Shown here: piece by piece, positions 11,678 through 20,159 of the stretch
Layout of the letters: each line of letters starts with the position of its first letter
Position numbering within the stretch: position 1 is the stretch's first letter
DNA from: Elusimicrobiota bacterium
GTDB lineage: Bacteria > Elusimicrobiota > Elusimicrobia > UBA1565
Reading direction: 5' to 3'
Length of the DNA: 40,555 nt
NCBI GenBank assembly: GCA_043827405.1
Contig: JBDRPD010000094.1
Location: forward strand, 1 to 40,555
Position numbers and translations under genes: made by a program
Notes under the pieces: generated by a model
What the model was told of the DNA's origin: nothing
The model's input: only the letters and a program-made list of their open reading frames with translations
Database searches by the model: none

Positions 11678-12939
11678 GCGTCTCTCAGCTCCCGGCGCGC
11701 ATGCACCATGTTCCCGGCCTTGAACGCCATCACCAGCAGGTTGGCGCCGAACCAATAAGGCAGCTCCCGGTAGTCCCGGCAGTCGAGCACGATGACATCC
11801 GCCGCCTTGCCGCTCTCGAGACTGCCGAGCGTCCGGCCCATGCCCAACGCGTAAGCGCCGTTAATCGTCGCCGCGGTGATCGCTTCCTCGGGCGTCATCC
11901 GCATGCGCGTCGCGGCGATAGAGATGATCTCCTGCATATTCCAGCACGGGCAGGAGCCGGGGTTGAAATCGGTCGCCAGCGCCACCGGCAGATCCGCGTC
12001 GATAATGCGGCGCGCCGGCGGATAGTCCCGGCTGCCGAGAAAATGGTTCGAGCCCGGCACCAGCGCGGCGATGGTCCCGGACGCCTTGAGCCGCGTCAAA
12101 TCGTCGTCGTCGACATGATCCAGGTGATCCGCGCTCACCGCCCCGAGCCGGCCGGCCACCGCCGCGCCGCCGCTGTGCGAGAGCTGCTCGGCATGGATCT
12201 TGACCGCCAGCCCCGCCTTGGCGCCGGCGCGCAGAAAGGTCTCGGTCTCGGCGGGCGTGAAGTAGCCGTTCTCGCAGAAAGCATCCACGAACACCGCCAG
12301 CTCCTCCCGCGCCACCACCGGCAGGACCTCTTCGCACATCATGCGGACGTAGTCCCCGGAGCGCCCCGCATACTCGGGCGGGACGGCATGCGCGCCGAGG
12401 AAGGTCGGCACGATCCCGAGCGGGGACCCCTGCGCCGCATGCCGCATCACGCGCAGGGCCTTAAGCTCGGAGTCTTTATCCAGCCCGTAGCCGCTCTTGC
12501 CCTCGATCGTCGTCGTACCGCATTCCAAAAACAGCCGGGCCTGCCGCCGCAGACGGCGGGTCAGCTCCTCCTCGGTAGCGCCGCGCATGGCATGGATGCT
12601 GGAGCGGATGCCGCCGCCCTGCTCGGCGATTTCCTCATAGCTCTTGCCGCGCACGCGCAGCGCGAAATCCTGCAGCCGTTCGGCGCCGAAGACGGGATGG
12701 GTATGGCTGTCGACAAAGCCCGGCATGACGACCCGCTCTTCGGCCCGGTAGCGCATGGCGTTCTTCGCTTCCGGCTGCTGGCGGACATAGTCTTGCGGAC
12801 CGACGGCCAGGATCTTGCCGCCGCCCATAAGGACCGCCCCTTGGCGTACGATCCCGAGGCTTCCCATGTCCCGGCCGGACCGCGGACCGGGGGGCCCGGC
12901 CAGCGTCAGCAAAGTGGCATCGTAGATGAGTTGATTCAT
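11674..12939 (-). CDS. hutI: Imidazolonepropionase
   Basis: PGFVDSHTHPVF, GGGIRSS, GTTTIEGKSGYGL, TFLGAHAVP, KIHAEQL, SADHL, ALATDFNPGS. Confidence 0.95.
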   Translation of the reverse strand: MNQLIYDATLLTLAGPPGPRSGRDMGSLGIVRQGAVLMGGGKILAVGPQDYVRQQPEAKNAMRYRAEERVVMPGFVDSHTHPVFGAERLQDFALRVRGKSYEEIAEQGGGIRSSIHAMRGATEEELTRRLRRQARLFLECGTTTIEGKSGYGLDKDSELKALRVMRHAAQGSPLGIVPTFLGAHAVPPEYAGRSGDYVRMMCEEVLPVVAREELAVFVDAFCENGYFTPAETETFLRAGAKAGLAVKIHAEQLSHSGGAAVAGRLGAVSADHLDHVDDDDLTRLKASGTIAALVPGSNHFLGSRDYPPARRIIDADLPVALATDFNPGSCPCWNMQEIISIAATRMRMTPEEAITAATINGAYALGMGRTLGSLESGKAADVIVLDCRDYRELPYWFGANLLVMAFKAGNMVHARRELRDA

Positions 12940-12956
12940 AGACGCTCGACCCGCTG

Positions 12957-13019
12957 ATTCTACAATATCGCGGATATAACTTAAAAATAAAGTATAATTT
13001 CTTTAGGACCTAGGGCCTA
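12957..13019. promoter_or_regulatory. AT-rich divergent promoter region with a near-perfect 16-bp palindrome TAGGACCTAGGGCCTA (13004-13019)
   Basis: TAGAAT on the minus strand (12962-12957) toward hutI; TATAAT at 12993-12998 toward the kinase; 14 of 16 palindrome positions are symmetric. Confidence 0.5.
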
Positions 13020-13085
13020 CGAAAGGCGTTCCCGAACGGCACTTCCAGCATAAGCCCGGCCGGTGGTAACCTGATAGGTGGAAGG

Positions 13086-14324
13086 ATGACTCAGAACCCG
13101 CAAGATGTCCGCATTCTAGCCGTCGACGATACCGAGGAAGACTGCCGCCTGCACGAGATGGTGCTCACCGAGGCGGGGTTCCAGGTCGATACCGCTCAGA
13201 CGGCCCGCGAAGCGCGCGCGCTGCTGGAAAAAACGGCCTACGGCGTCCTCCTGGTGGATCTGCAGATGCCGGACGGCAGCGGCCTCGATCTCCTCGCGCC
13301 GGCCCGGCGACGCGATCCGCACGCCGTTGCCGTAATCCTCACCGGCCACGCGTCGATGGATACCGTCGTCGCGGCGCTGAAAGCCGGAGCCTACGACTAT
13401 CTCACCAAGCCCTGCAAGGCCGAAATTCTGGTATCGGTGATCATGCGGGCGGCCGAAAAATACAATTTATCGAGCACCCTGAACGCGCGCACGCGCGAGC
13501 TGGAGGAGCTCAACGACACCCTGGACCGCCGGGTACGGGACGCGACACAGGAGATTTTCTCGCTCAACGAGAAGCTCAAGCGCTATATCGCCGATCTGGT
13601 GGAAACCAACAACTCCCAGACCCATGCCCTCGAGGAGATGGCGCATGAGCTGAAGAATCCGCTGTCCGTCATTTCCGGCTACAGCAGCTTTCTGCTGAAG
13701 TCGCCGATGGAGGACTGGACGACCGCCGAGCTAAAGCGCAGCCTGACCAGCATCCGCAAGAACGCTTTTCACCTGCAGGTACTCATCGATGCGCTGCTCG
13801 ACTCCGCCCGGCTCTCCAGCAAGAAGATCATGCTCGAAAAGAAGGTCTTCCCCGCCCTGGAAGCCGTGGAAGAAGCGATCGAGAGCGTGCACCTGCAGGC
13901 CGAGGAAGCCGAGATCATCCTCACCGCGGAGTGCGAGGACAAGCTGCAGGTCAGCGCCGACCGCATCCGTCTGCGCCAGATTCTCGTTAATCTGCTGACC
14001 AATGCGCTCAAGTACACCCCCCCCGCAGGCACCGTCTGCATCTCCGCCCTTTCGTCGGCCGACGACGGCACGCTGTTCACCGTCACCGACAGCGGCAAGG
14101 GGATGGAACCGGAGCAGCTCGAGCACGTCTTCGAGCGCTTCTATCAGGTCCGCGGCAAGGGCATTCGCAACCGCGGCCTCGGGCTCGGCCTCAATATCGT
14201 CGAGGGCCTGGTCAAGCTGCACAAGGGCCGGGTATGGGCCGAGAGCAAGCCCGGAAACGGCTCGAAGTTCTTCGTCTTCCTGCCCGCGGAACGCGTCCCC
14301 GCCACCAACGCCGCTACCAACTGA
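13086..14324 (+). CDS. Cytoplasmic hybrid response regulator/histidine kinase (REC-HisKA-HATPase)
   Basis: ILAVDD, LVDLQMPDGSG, DYLTKP; H-box AHELKNPL; N/G boxes NLLTNALKY, DSGKG, GLGLGL; no TM segment. Confidence 0.93.
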   Translation: MTQNPQDVRILAVDDTEEDCRLHEMVLTEAGFQVDTAQTAREARALLEKTAYGVLLVDLQMPDGSGLDLLAPARRRDPHAVAVILTGHASMDTVVAALKAGAYDYLTKPCKAEILVSVIMRAAEKYNLSSTLNARTRELEELNDTLDRRVRDATQEIFSLNEKLKRYIADLVETNNSQTHALEEMAHELKNPLSVISGYSSFLLKSPMEDWTTAELKRSLTSIRKNAFHLQVLIDALLDSARLSSKKIMLEKKVFPALEAVEEAIESVHLQAEEAEIILTAECEDKLQVSADRIRLRQILVNLLTNALKYTPPAGTVCISALSSADDGTLFTVTDSGKGMEPEQLEHVFERFYQVRGKGIRNRGLGLGLNIVEGLVKLHKGRVWAESKPGNGSKFFVFLPAERVPATNAATN

Positions 14325-14387
14325 AGCCCGCCCGCCGGTACGACGCCGAATTCCGCTCCTCGATTTCAAAGCGGACCTCGCGGGGGG

Positions 14388-14663
14388 TCATGCGGGACGC
14401 CGCCGGCGGATATCCCGCTCCAGTTCGGCGATGCGGTCCGCCATGTCGAGCAGCATCGATCCGATGCAGGCGTCGACGTCGAACGCGCCGCAGACGCGCT
14501 GCAGCCGGCGCAGCCGGAGCACGTCGTCGTCCCGCAGGTCCACGCGTTCCTCCGTCGCAACCAGACAGATCGCCGAATACTCGACGCAGTCCGCCAGGAA
14601 TTCGGCGGTGATATCCAGCCGTCTCGCCAGCCCCAGGAGATCAGCGTCCTCGCGCTTTGCCAT
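14388..14663 (-). CDS. cbpM: Chaperone modulator CbpM-like (MerR-like HTH)
   Basis: 91 aa directly downstream of a DnaJ-class gene; RLRRLQRVCGAFDVD...LLDMADRIAELE pattern. Confidence 0.75.
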   Translation of the reverse strand: MAKREDADLLGLARRLDITAEFLADCVEYSAICLVATEERVDLRDDDVLRLRRLQRVCGAFDVDACIGSMLLDMADRIAELERDIRRRRPA

Positions 14664-15642
14664 GGAGTTCCTCCCGCAGCTCTTTGAGGAGCGCCTCGGC
14701 CCTGGGCGTCAACGACGGCGGCATCGCTATTTCGATGCGCGCCAGCAGATCGCCCCGGCCGCCGCTTTTCCGGCCGAGGCCCTTCGCCGCGAGCCGGAGC
14801 GTCTTTCCCGCCGCGCTGCCCCGGGGGATTTTCACGCGCACGTCGCCTTCGAGGGTTTCCACCGCCACTTCGCCGCCCAAGGCGGCGTCCCAAGGCATAA
14901 CCTTGATGATGGTCTCCAAGTCGGAGCCCCGGAGCGTGAACCGCGGATCGGGCTTAAGCCCGATCCGCAGGTACAAGTCGCCCGCGGGCTCGCCCGGCCT
15001 CCCGTCATTGCCTTTGCCCTTGACCCGAATGCGGGTTCCGTCGCGCACCCGCGGGGGGATGCGGACCCGGACGTCTCGGCGCGTCTGTGCCTCGCCCGCG
15101 CCGCCGCAGACGGGACAGAAGGAATTCTCGCGGCGGCCGGTACCGCGACAGGAAGGACAGAGTCCCACCGCCGTTAGGGAGAACGCGTTCTCTCCGCCCC
15201 TAACGGCGTCTTGCAGCGAAATTTCCAGGACGGCCTCGATGTCCCGGCTGGACGGCGCCGATTTCCATTGGAATCCGGACCGGGCATCCGCCCCCCCGCC
15301 GAAGACGCTGCGGAAAAAGTCGCTGAACGCCGCGTCTCCTCCGGCTTCGGGCCCGGGGGTAAAACCTCGCCCGTCCTGCGCTGGGCCGGGAGGAGGCGCG
15401 AACTCCTCTCCGCCCTGCCAGTTTTCGCCGAGCTGGTCATACTTGGCGCGCTTCTCCTTGTCGCCGAGGACATCGTAGGCTTCGTTGATGGCCTGGAAGA
15501 CCTCGGTCTGCTTCGCCCGGTCCTTCTCCGGGTGCAGATCGGGATGATGCTCCTTGGCCAGCCGGCGATAAGCCCGCTTGATCCGCTCTGCCGCGGCGTC
15601 GCGCGGCACCTGGAGGGTCTCGTAGTAGTCCTTGAATTTCAC
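14641..15642 (-). CDS. cbpA: DnaJ-class co-chaperone, CbpA-like
   Basis: KFKDYYETL, HPD motif, INEAYDVLGD, FSDFF, C-terminal DnaJ_C (PWDAALGG); only two CxxCxGxG repeats. Confidence 0.85.
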   Translation of the reverse strand: MKFKDYYETLQVPRDAAAERIKRAYRRLAKEHHPDLHPEKDRAKQTEVFQAINEAYDVLGDKEKRAKYDQLGENWQGGEEFAPPPGPAQDGRGFTPGPEAGGDAAFSDFFRSVFGGGADARSGFQWKSAPSSRDIEAVLEISLQDAVRGGENAFSLTAVGLCPSCRGTGRRENSFCPVCGGAGEAQTRRDVRVRIPPRVRDGTRIRVKGKGNDGRPGEPAGDLYLRIGLKPDPRFTLRGSDLETIIKVMPWDAALGGEVAVETLEGDVRVKIPRGSAAGKTLRLAAKGLGRKSGGRGDLLARIEIAMPPSLTPRAEALLKELREELHGKARGR

Positions 15643-16253
15643 GGATTGGCCGCCCCGCCCGATACGATGATCTTCACGGCGTCTTCCATTGAAATGTCGA
15701 GCGGGACCACATCCGCCAGCGGAAGCATTAAGAGATAGCCGGAGGTGGGGTTGGGTGTCGTCGGAAGAAAAATGTTAACCAGATTCTTGGCGGCTTTCGC
15801 ATTAATCTCGGCCACGACTTCGGAGGTCATAAAGCCGATGACGTAGATTCCTTTCCTCGGATATTCGAACATGACGACCCGCGCGATCTTCTCGCCTTCC
15901 CGGCGGCTGAAGAGATTCGTCAATTTTCGGATGGAGGTGTAAATCCACGCCAATAGGGGAACTCGACCCAGGTAGAGCTCAAACCCCAAAAAGAGCCGGC
16001 TGGCGACCATGTTCGTAAGGAGCGCCCCCGCGGAGAGAAGGATGACTACGGTTCCGAAAAAGCTGAGAGTTTCGAGAAGGAACGGTTTATGGATCAGGCC
16101 CGGAACGAGACGGAGAAAGGGCCTCGCCAGACCCGTGGCCACGCTGAAGATGGCGTAAAGAATGTAATACGTGAGCCAGAGCGGAAGGATCGCGAACAGG
16201 CCCGCGATCAGATACTTCTTCAGTTTGCGCCCGATACGCATCATGACGGTCAT
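15639..16253 (-). CDS. DUF502 family membrane protein
   Basis: YLIAGLFAILPLWLT, VMFEYPRKGIY.IGF, FLPTTPNPTSGYL, MEDAVKIIVSGG. Confidence 0.9.
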   Translation of the reverse strand: MTVMMRIGRKLKKYLIAGLFAILPLWLTYYILYAIFSVATGLARPFLRLVPGLIHKPFLLETLSFFGTVVILLSAGALLTNMVASRLFLGFELYLGRVPLLAWIYTSIRKLTNLFSRREGEKIARVVMFEYPRKGIYVIGFMTSEVVAEINAKAAKNLVNIFLPTTPNPTSGYLLMLPLADVVPLDISMEDAVKIIVSGGAANP

Positions 16254-16376
16254 GTTTTATTCGCAACCGCCGGCTAATATAGCCTCAATTCTTGCCATCG
16301 GCGAGCTTATTGAACACGCTTAAGAAATCCATCGGTGTAGGAAAAGATCACCGTCACGGCCGGCGCCGCCTGCGTG

Positions 16377-16817
16377 CTAATTCTTACCTAACTTCACCCG
16401 GAATTCGACGATATTCCCCTGCGCTACTATCGCGTCGTCCGCGCTCAGCCGGGCCACGGCCGTATGCCGGCCGGGCTGATAGCCGGACCAATCGAACCAC
16501 CAGTATCCCTGACTGCGGCGGCAGGACTGCCATGGGCCGCCGTCCAAAGACACCTCCATCCGCCCGCCTTCCTTCGTCCCGATACGCAGGGTGTAGCGCT
16601 CCGAGGTTATGGTTTCTCCCCCGAACGGGTAGTCGATCCTGACCTGGCAGCCCGCCTCCTCCTCTTCCTCTTTTCGCTTCGGCACGGCGTGGCGCCGCCG
16701 CCCATTATTCTTCCCTTCCTTTGCGATCCGCCCCCCCTCATCCTCCCACACGGCGACTTTGCCCTTCACGGGCGGCACCGTCGCAGCCCTCTTCGGTTTG
16801 TTGTTTTTTCCGGCCAT
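16377..16817 (-). CDS. Hypothetical protein with a C-terminal Ig-like beta domain
   Basis: Strong SD GAGGAGG; charged N-terminus with VWEDEGG; VRIDYP...EVSLDGGPW...GYWWFDW...GRHTAVAR. Confidence 0.7.
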   Translation of the reverse strand: MAGKNNKPKRAATVPPVKGKVAVWEDEGGRIAKEGKNNGRRRHAVPKRKEEEEEAGCQVRIDYPFGGETITSERYTLRIGTKEGGRMEVSLDGGPWQSCRRSQGYWWFDWSGYQPGRHTAVARLSADDAIVAQGNIVEFRVKLGKN

Positions 16818-16925
16818 AGGTCACGTCCTCCTCTATTCTCACGCTGCTGCGCTGAATCACACAGCGGTTGAAATCGATCCTGAAGTACTGGAGATTTTGC
16901 ATGCCTTAGCCCCCCCCTCAGACGT

Positions 16926-17008
16926 CCATCCCCTACAGCATACTCCGGGCGAGAAGTGTTATAAAATAGATAATCTCAAGGAAGTTCATTTAGAAAATAG
17001 ATGATTTC
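16926..17008 (-). promoter_or_regulatory. AT-rich promoter with LysR-type box, copy A
   Basis: Minus-strand -10 TATGCT (16942-16937); TCAT-N11-ATGA dyad (16986-17004); aligns without gaps to 18301-18383. Confidence 0.65.
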
Positions 17009-17120
17009 TCTCACGGGCCGAACGCCTGTCCCGCCAGGATCGAAAGCGAGAAACGCGAGCCGCTTTTGTTGTCGCTGAGCGCATAAGCCAGGTCGATGCG
17101 CTCCGGAATCGAGGATGCCC

Positions 17121-17639
17121 CTAGCGGTCTGCCAGACGCCTCAGGTCGGACTCCCCGTAGCGTCCAAGCTCCCCGCCGGCAGGATCTCTCACGATCACCG
17201 TCTGCCCATCTGTGCGGGCCCCGGCCAGCAGGCGCCCCCGGCCATCACGCGCCACCATGCCCTCGGGACCCGGCTCGAGCATCACGGTGGAGAGATGCTT
17301 GCCCTTATCGAAGGTGTCCACCCTCAGCCGACGCTCATCCGGACGGTAAGTCAGGACAGCCTGCTCGTCCCCGGCACGGATGGACTTGAGGCGCTTGGCC
17401 GTGATCGGATTGTTTCCGGTCCAGAACTCGAGGGAGTTAAAGACCACGGCGTCACCCAGCGTTGCAAAGAAGTACACCGGGAAGATAACCATCCCCAGAA
17501 ATACAGCCTCTTTGGCCCACTTCTCACCGACTTCGCCGTTCCACTGATGGAGCTTCTTGGTCAAACGAAACGGCCCATAACAGCCCGCCACAGCGACCGT
17601 CGCTGCCAGGACCACCGGTATCCATGACTTCTTAAGCAT
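17121..17639 (-). CDS. DUF3332 family lipoprotein
   Basis: SD AGGAGG; lipobox VAGC; CYGPFRLTKKLHQWN, PVY..ATLGDAVVFNSLEFWTGNNPI. Confidence 0.85.
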   Translation of the reverse strand: MLKKSWIPVVLAATVAVAGCYGPFRLTKKLHQWNGEVGEKWAKEAVFLGMVIFPVYFFATLGDAVVFNSLEFWTGNNPITAKRLKSIRAGDEQAVLTYRPDERRLRVDTFDKGKHLSTVMLEPGPEGMVARDGRGRLLAGARTDGQTVIVRDPAGGELGRYGESDLRRLADR

Positions 17640-17684
17640 CAGAAACCTCCTTAATGATGTGATTTTCCTCGCCCAGCACCGCGT

Positions 17685-18266
17685 TCATTCAGGCCTTGCT
17701 CGTGAGACGCTCCTTGATCGCTTTCTTTCCGTTGCCGCCTCCGCCGGAGAAGTTCGCCTCGGTCTTGCGGCTTGCGACCGGCCGCCGCGTCCCCGAGCGA
17801 CCTCAGCGAGCAGCTCGTCGATCTTCGCGGTCTCCTTGGGCAGCAGCCGCCGCGCCAGCTCGATCCACTCCGGAACATTCGTCGCGAGATCCGCGTCATT
17901 GCCCTGGTTCTTGATCCCGGCGGCGTCATGGTCCGCGAGGGTGAGCTGGTATATCCTGGCGATGAGGTACGCGTCGTCGAGATATCTAAACAGCCCCAAG
18001 TCTTTCGTGGGCAGAAAGTCTATGGGGACATAGAGGTAGTCCAGGGCGAATCGCTGCATGCGGGTGACGCGCACCGGCAGGCCCGACCGGTCGCTCCAGG
18101 CGCGCAGCTGGGCGATCATGGGGGGCATGGCCAGGATCATCCGGCGCAGCGGCTGACCGTAGCGCACCGCTTCGCGCGGCCCCGTCAGTCGGCGCAGGGC
18201 CACGGCGAAGTTATTCCTCGGGTCCGCGGCCAGCAGCTTTAGCTGCTCGCCCAACGCTCTCAGCAT
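17685..18266 (-). CDS. YkvA/DUF1232 family protein
   Basis: ALDYLYVPIDFLP..DLGLFRYLDDAYL motif. Confidence 0.75.
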   Translation of the reverse strand: MLRALGEQLKLLAADPRNNFAVALRRLTGPREAVRYGQPLRRMILAMPPMIAQLRAWSDRSGLPVRVTRMQRFALDYLYVPIDFLPTKDLGLFRYLDDAYLIARIYQLTLADHDAAGIKNQGNDADLATNVPEWIELARRLLPKETAKIDELLAEVARGRGGRSQAARPRRTSPAEAATERKRSRSVSRARPE

Positions 18267-18300
18267 CCGGTGTCCGCGCGCGCGACGATCGGGATAATAT

Positions 18301-18383
18301 CCATGCCCTACAGGATACTCCGGATGAGATATTTTATAAACTAGATAATATGGAGTAAGATCATCTATAAAATTTATGATTCC
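18301..18383 (-). promoter_or_regulatory. AT-rich promoter with LysR-type box, copy B
   Basis: Minus-strand -10 TATCCT (18317-18312); ATCAT-N11-ATGAT dyad (18360-18380); 65/83 identical to copy A by manual count. Confidence 0.65.
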
Positions 18384-18431
18384 ATTCAGCGGCCGTCACC
18401 GCTGTTACTTCTCCATGGCCGCGATCCCCAA

Positions 18432-18475
18432 CGGCACCTTCCTCGCCGCACCTTCCTACACGCCGCACCTTCCTA
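18432..18475 (+). repeat. Three direct repeats of GCACCTTCCT abutting a -35 box
   Basis: Copies start at 18434, 18448 and 18465 (periods 14 and 17). Confidence 0.85.
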
Positions 18476-18504
18476 TTGACAAAATAGGCTTCTCCTGTTA
18501 GACT
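18476..18504 (+). promoter_or_regulatory. sigma70 promoter TTGACA-17-TAGACT with extended TG
   Basis: TTGACA 18476-18481, TG 18496-18497, TAGACT 18499-18504. Confidence 0.8.
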
Positions 18505-18515
18505 TAGTGAGCAAT

Positions 18516-18557
18516 TAACGTCGAGACCCGTTCGCGGGTCCCGGCGTTATTTTTTTT
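18516..18557 (+). terminator. Intrinsic terminator in the 5' leader of 18574..19140
   Basis: TAACGTCGAGACCCG-TTCG-CGGGTCCCGGCGTTA hairpin followed by 8 T. Confidence 0.75.
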
Positions 18558-18573
18558 GGGGGGAGGGTATTGA

Positions 18574-19140
18574 ATGGTATTGTTCCGCTACTGTCTGTTG
18601 GTGACGTTTTTCGTCGCCGTCGCCGCACCCGCACAGGCGCAAACCTACTCCTGGGATATCGATGGCTCGCTCACCGATGATTCCGGTCACCGTTTAACCG
18701 GAAACTACCTGCTCAATTTCAGCTTATCCCGCTGCCAGGATCACCCCGACAAAAGCTGGCGCCTGTTCCGCTATATCCGCGTCACCAAGGGAGACTACTC
18801 GCTGCGCATCGGCACCGATGATTTCCTGCCGGAGAGCGCCGCGCCGCCGCAAAGATGTCATCTCCAGATAGCCGCACCCGCGGGGGCGCCGTGGCGCGTC
18901 AACGGCGTCAGCATCCGCCGGCATGTCCTGGCGAAAAATGACAACCGCGCGCACCGCGCCGAAATGGAGCGCCTGCGCGCCGCCGTGGAACGCGATAGCG
19001 CGGACGATCCGTTTCGTGACGCTCTCAACAGCACGCTCGACCCGCGGGCGCGCAAGAAAGCACTGCGCCTGCGCCGCATCAACAGCCGGGAAGCCAAACT
19101 GCTCGACCGCCGGCTAAAGAGCGCTATGCGCAAGCACTAG
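18574..19140 (+). CDS. Hypothetical exported protein
   Basis: SD GGGAGG; signal peptide ending APAQA; beta-rich N-terminal half, basic helical C-terminus. Confidence 0.75.
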   Translation: MVLFRYCLLVTFFVAVAAPAQAQTYSWDIDGSLTDDSGHRLTGNYLLNFSLSRCQDHPDKSWRLFRYIRVTKGDYSLRIGTDDFLPESAAPPQRCHLQIAAPAGAPWRVNGVSIRRHVLAKNDNRAHRAEMERLRAAVERDSADDPFRDALNSTLDPRARKKALRLRRINSREAKLLDRRLKSAMRKH

Positions 19141-20048
19141 CGCCGGCGGAGGACGTGGCGCAGGGCGCCGTCGAGCTCGGGATGCGCGAAGCGGTAGCCC
19201 GCTTCCGCCAGCCGTTTGGACCGTACCGGCGCTCCGCCGAGCAGCAGCGCCTCCCCCATCTCGCCGAGCAGCAGCCGCACGGCGAAGGCCGGCAGCGGCA
19301 GCAGGACGGGGCGGCCGAGCACGGCGCCCAAGGTCCGCGCGAACTCGCCGTTGGTCACTAGGCCCGGAGCCGTAAGGTTCACCGGCCCGCTCAGGGCGGC
19401 GTTTTCCAGAACGAACTCGATGGCGCCGACCGCGTCGTCCAGCGCGACCCAAGCCATGGGCTGGCGGCCGCCGCCCACCGCCCCCCCCGCACCGAGCTTA
19501 AAGGGCGGCAGCATCTTTTTCAGCGCCCCGCCGCGCGGGCTGAGGACCACCCCGATACGCAGCAGGACGGTGCGAATGCCCGCCGCCGCCGCGGGCTCGG
19601 CGGCGGCTTCCCAGGCGCGGCACAGCGCGGAAAGAAAGCCCGCCCCCGGCGCGCTGTCTTCATCGACCTCCTCTTCCCGATCCCCGTAGAAGCCGACCGC
19701 CGAAGCGCAGACGAAGACCTTGGGCTTGCGCCGCAGGCCGGCCAGCGCGCCGGCCAGCAGCCGGGTGCCGCCGACGCGGCTCTCGTAAATCAGCTCCTTC
19801 CGGCTTCTCGACCAGCGGCCGCCGGCGATATTCTCCCCGGCCAAATGCACCACCGCCTCAACACCCTCCAGCCGCAGGTCGTCGATCACGCCTTCCCTGG
19901 GAGCCCAGAAAACATCATCGGACGTCAGCTTGTCCTGACCGCGCCGCAGGCGCATAACCCGGCGTCCTTTCATTTCGGCGGCGGCGGCAAAAGCGCTGCC
20001 GATTAAACCGCTGGAGCCGCTTACGGCGATACGCCGGGAAGAGTCCAT
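19137..20048 (-). CDS. TIGR01777 family NAD(P)-dependent epimerase/oxidoreductase
   Basis: SGSSGLIG, VVHLAGENI..RW, ASAVGFYG, WEAAA, LRIGVVLS..GGAL, GPVNLTAP. Confidence 0.93.
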   Translation of the reverse strand: MDSSRRIAVSGSSGLIGSAFAAAAEMKGRRVMRLRRGQDKLTSDDVFWAPREGVIDDLRLEGVEAVVHLAGENIAGGRWSRSRKELIYESRVGGTRLLAGALAGLRRKPKVFVCASAVGFYGDREEEVDEDSAPGAGFLSALCRAWEAAAEPAAAAGIRTVLLRIGVVLSPRGGALKKMLPPFKLGAGGAVGGGRQPMAWVALDDAVGAIEFVLENAALSGPVNLTAPGLVTNGEFARTLGAVLGRPVLLPLPAFAVRLLLGEMGEALLLGGAPVRSKRLAEAGYRFAHPELDGALRHVLRRR

Positions 20049-20159
20049 CCGGCATCCCCCTTTTTACTGGAAAAACAAGCCGTTTTGAAGATTCTTTATA
20101 CTTAAGTCAGCGTGGGAATACAACCGGACATTTTGCTAACTTATCCGCGGAGGCCTAAT

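Noticed and set aside
15639..16253. Apparently lower GC in the DUF502 gene as a sign of a genomic island
   Set aside because: Judged by eye only; no integrase, tRNA or att repeats nearby. A sliding-window GC/codon analysis would be needed.
16738..16902. 54-aa minus-strand ORF (MQNLQYFRIDF...) after a G-rich SD-like run
   Set aside because: Overlaps the 16377..16817 gene by 80 bp out of frame and has no motif; cannot be supported without ribosome profiling.
17077..17103. Hairpin GAGCGCAT-N11-ATGCGCTC downstream of the DUF3332 gene
   Set aside because: No U-tract on the transcribed (minus) strand and a large loop; not called as a terminator or ncRNA.
18260..18304. ATG just after the -10 of promoter copy B giving a 14-aa peptide (MDIIPIVARADTGC); copy A gives only MDV
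   Set aside because: Out of frame with the YkvA gene and not conserved in length between copies; weak evidence for a leader peptide.
18432..18475. Short repeats (also 36802-36847 and 40487-40555) as CRISPR arrays
   Set aside because: Units are 14-18 bp without unique spacers, and there are no cas genes.
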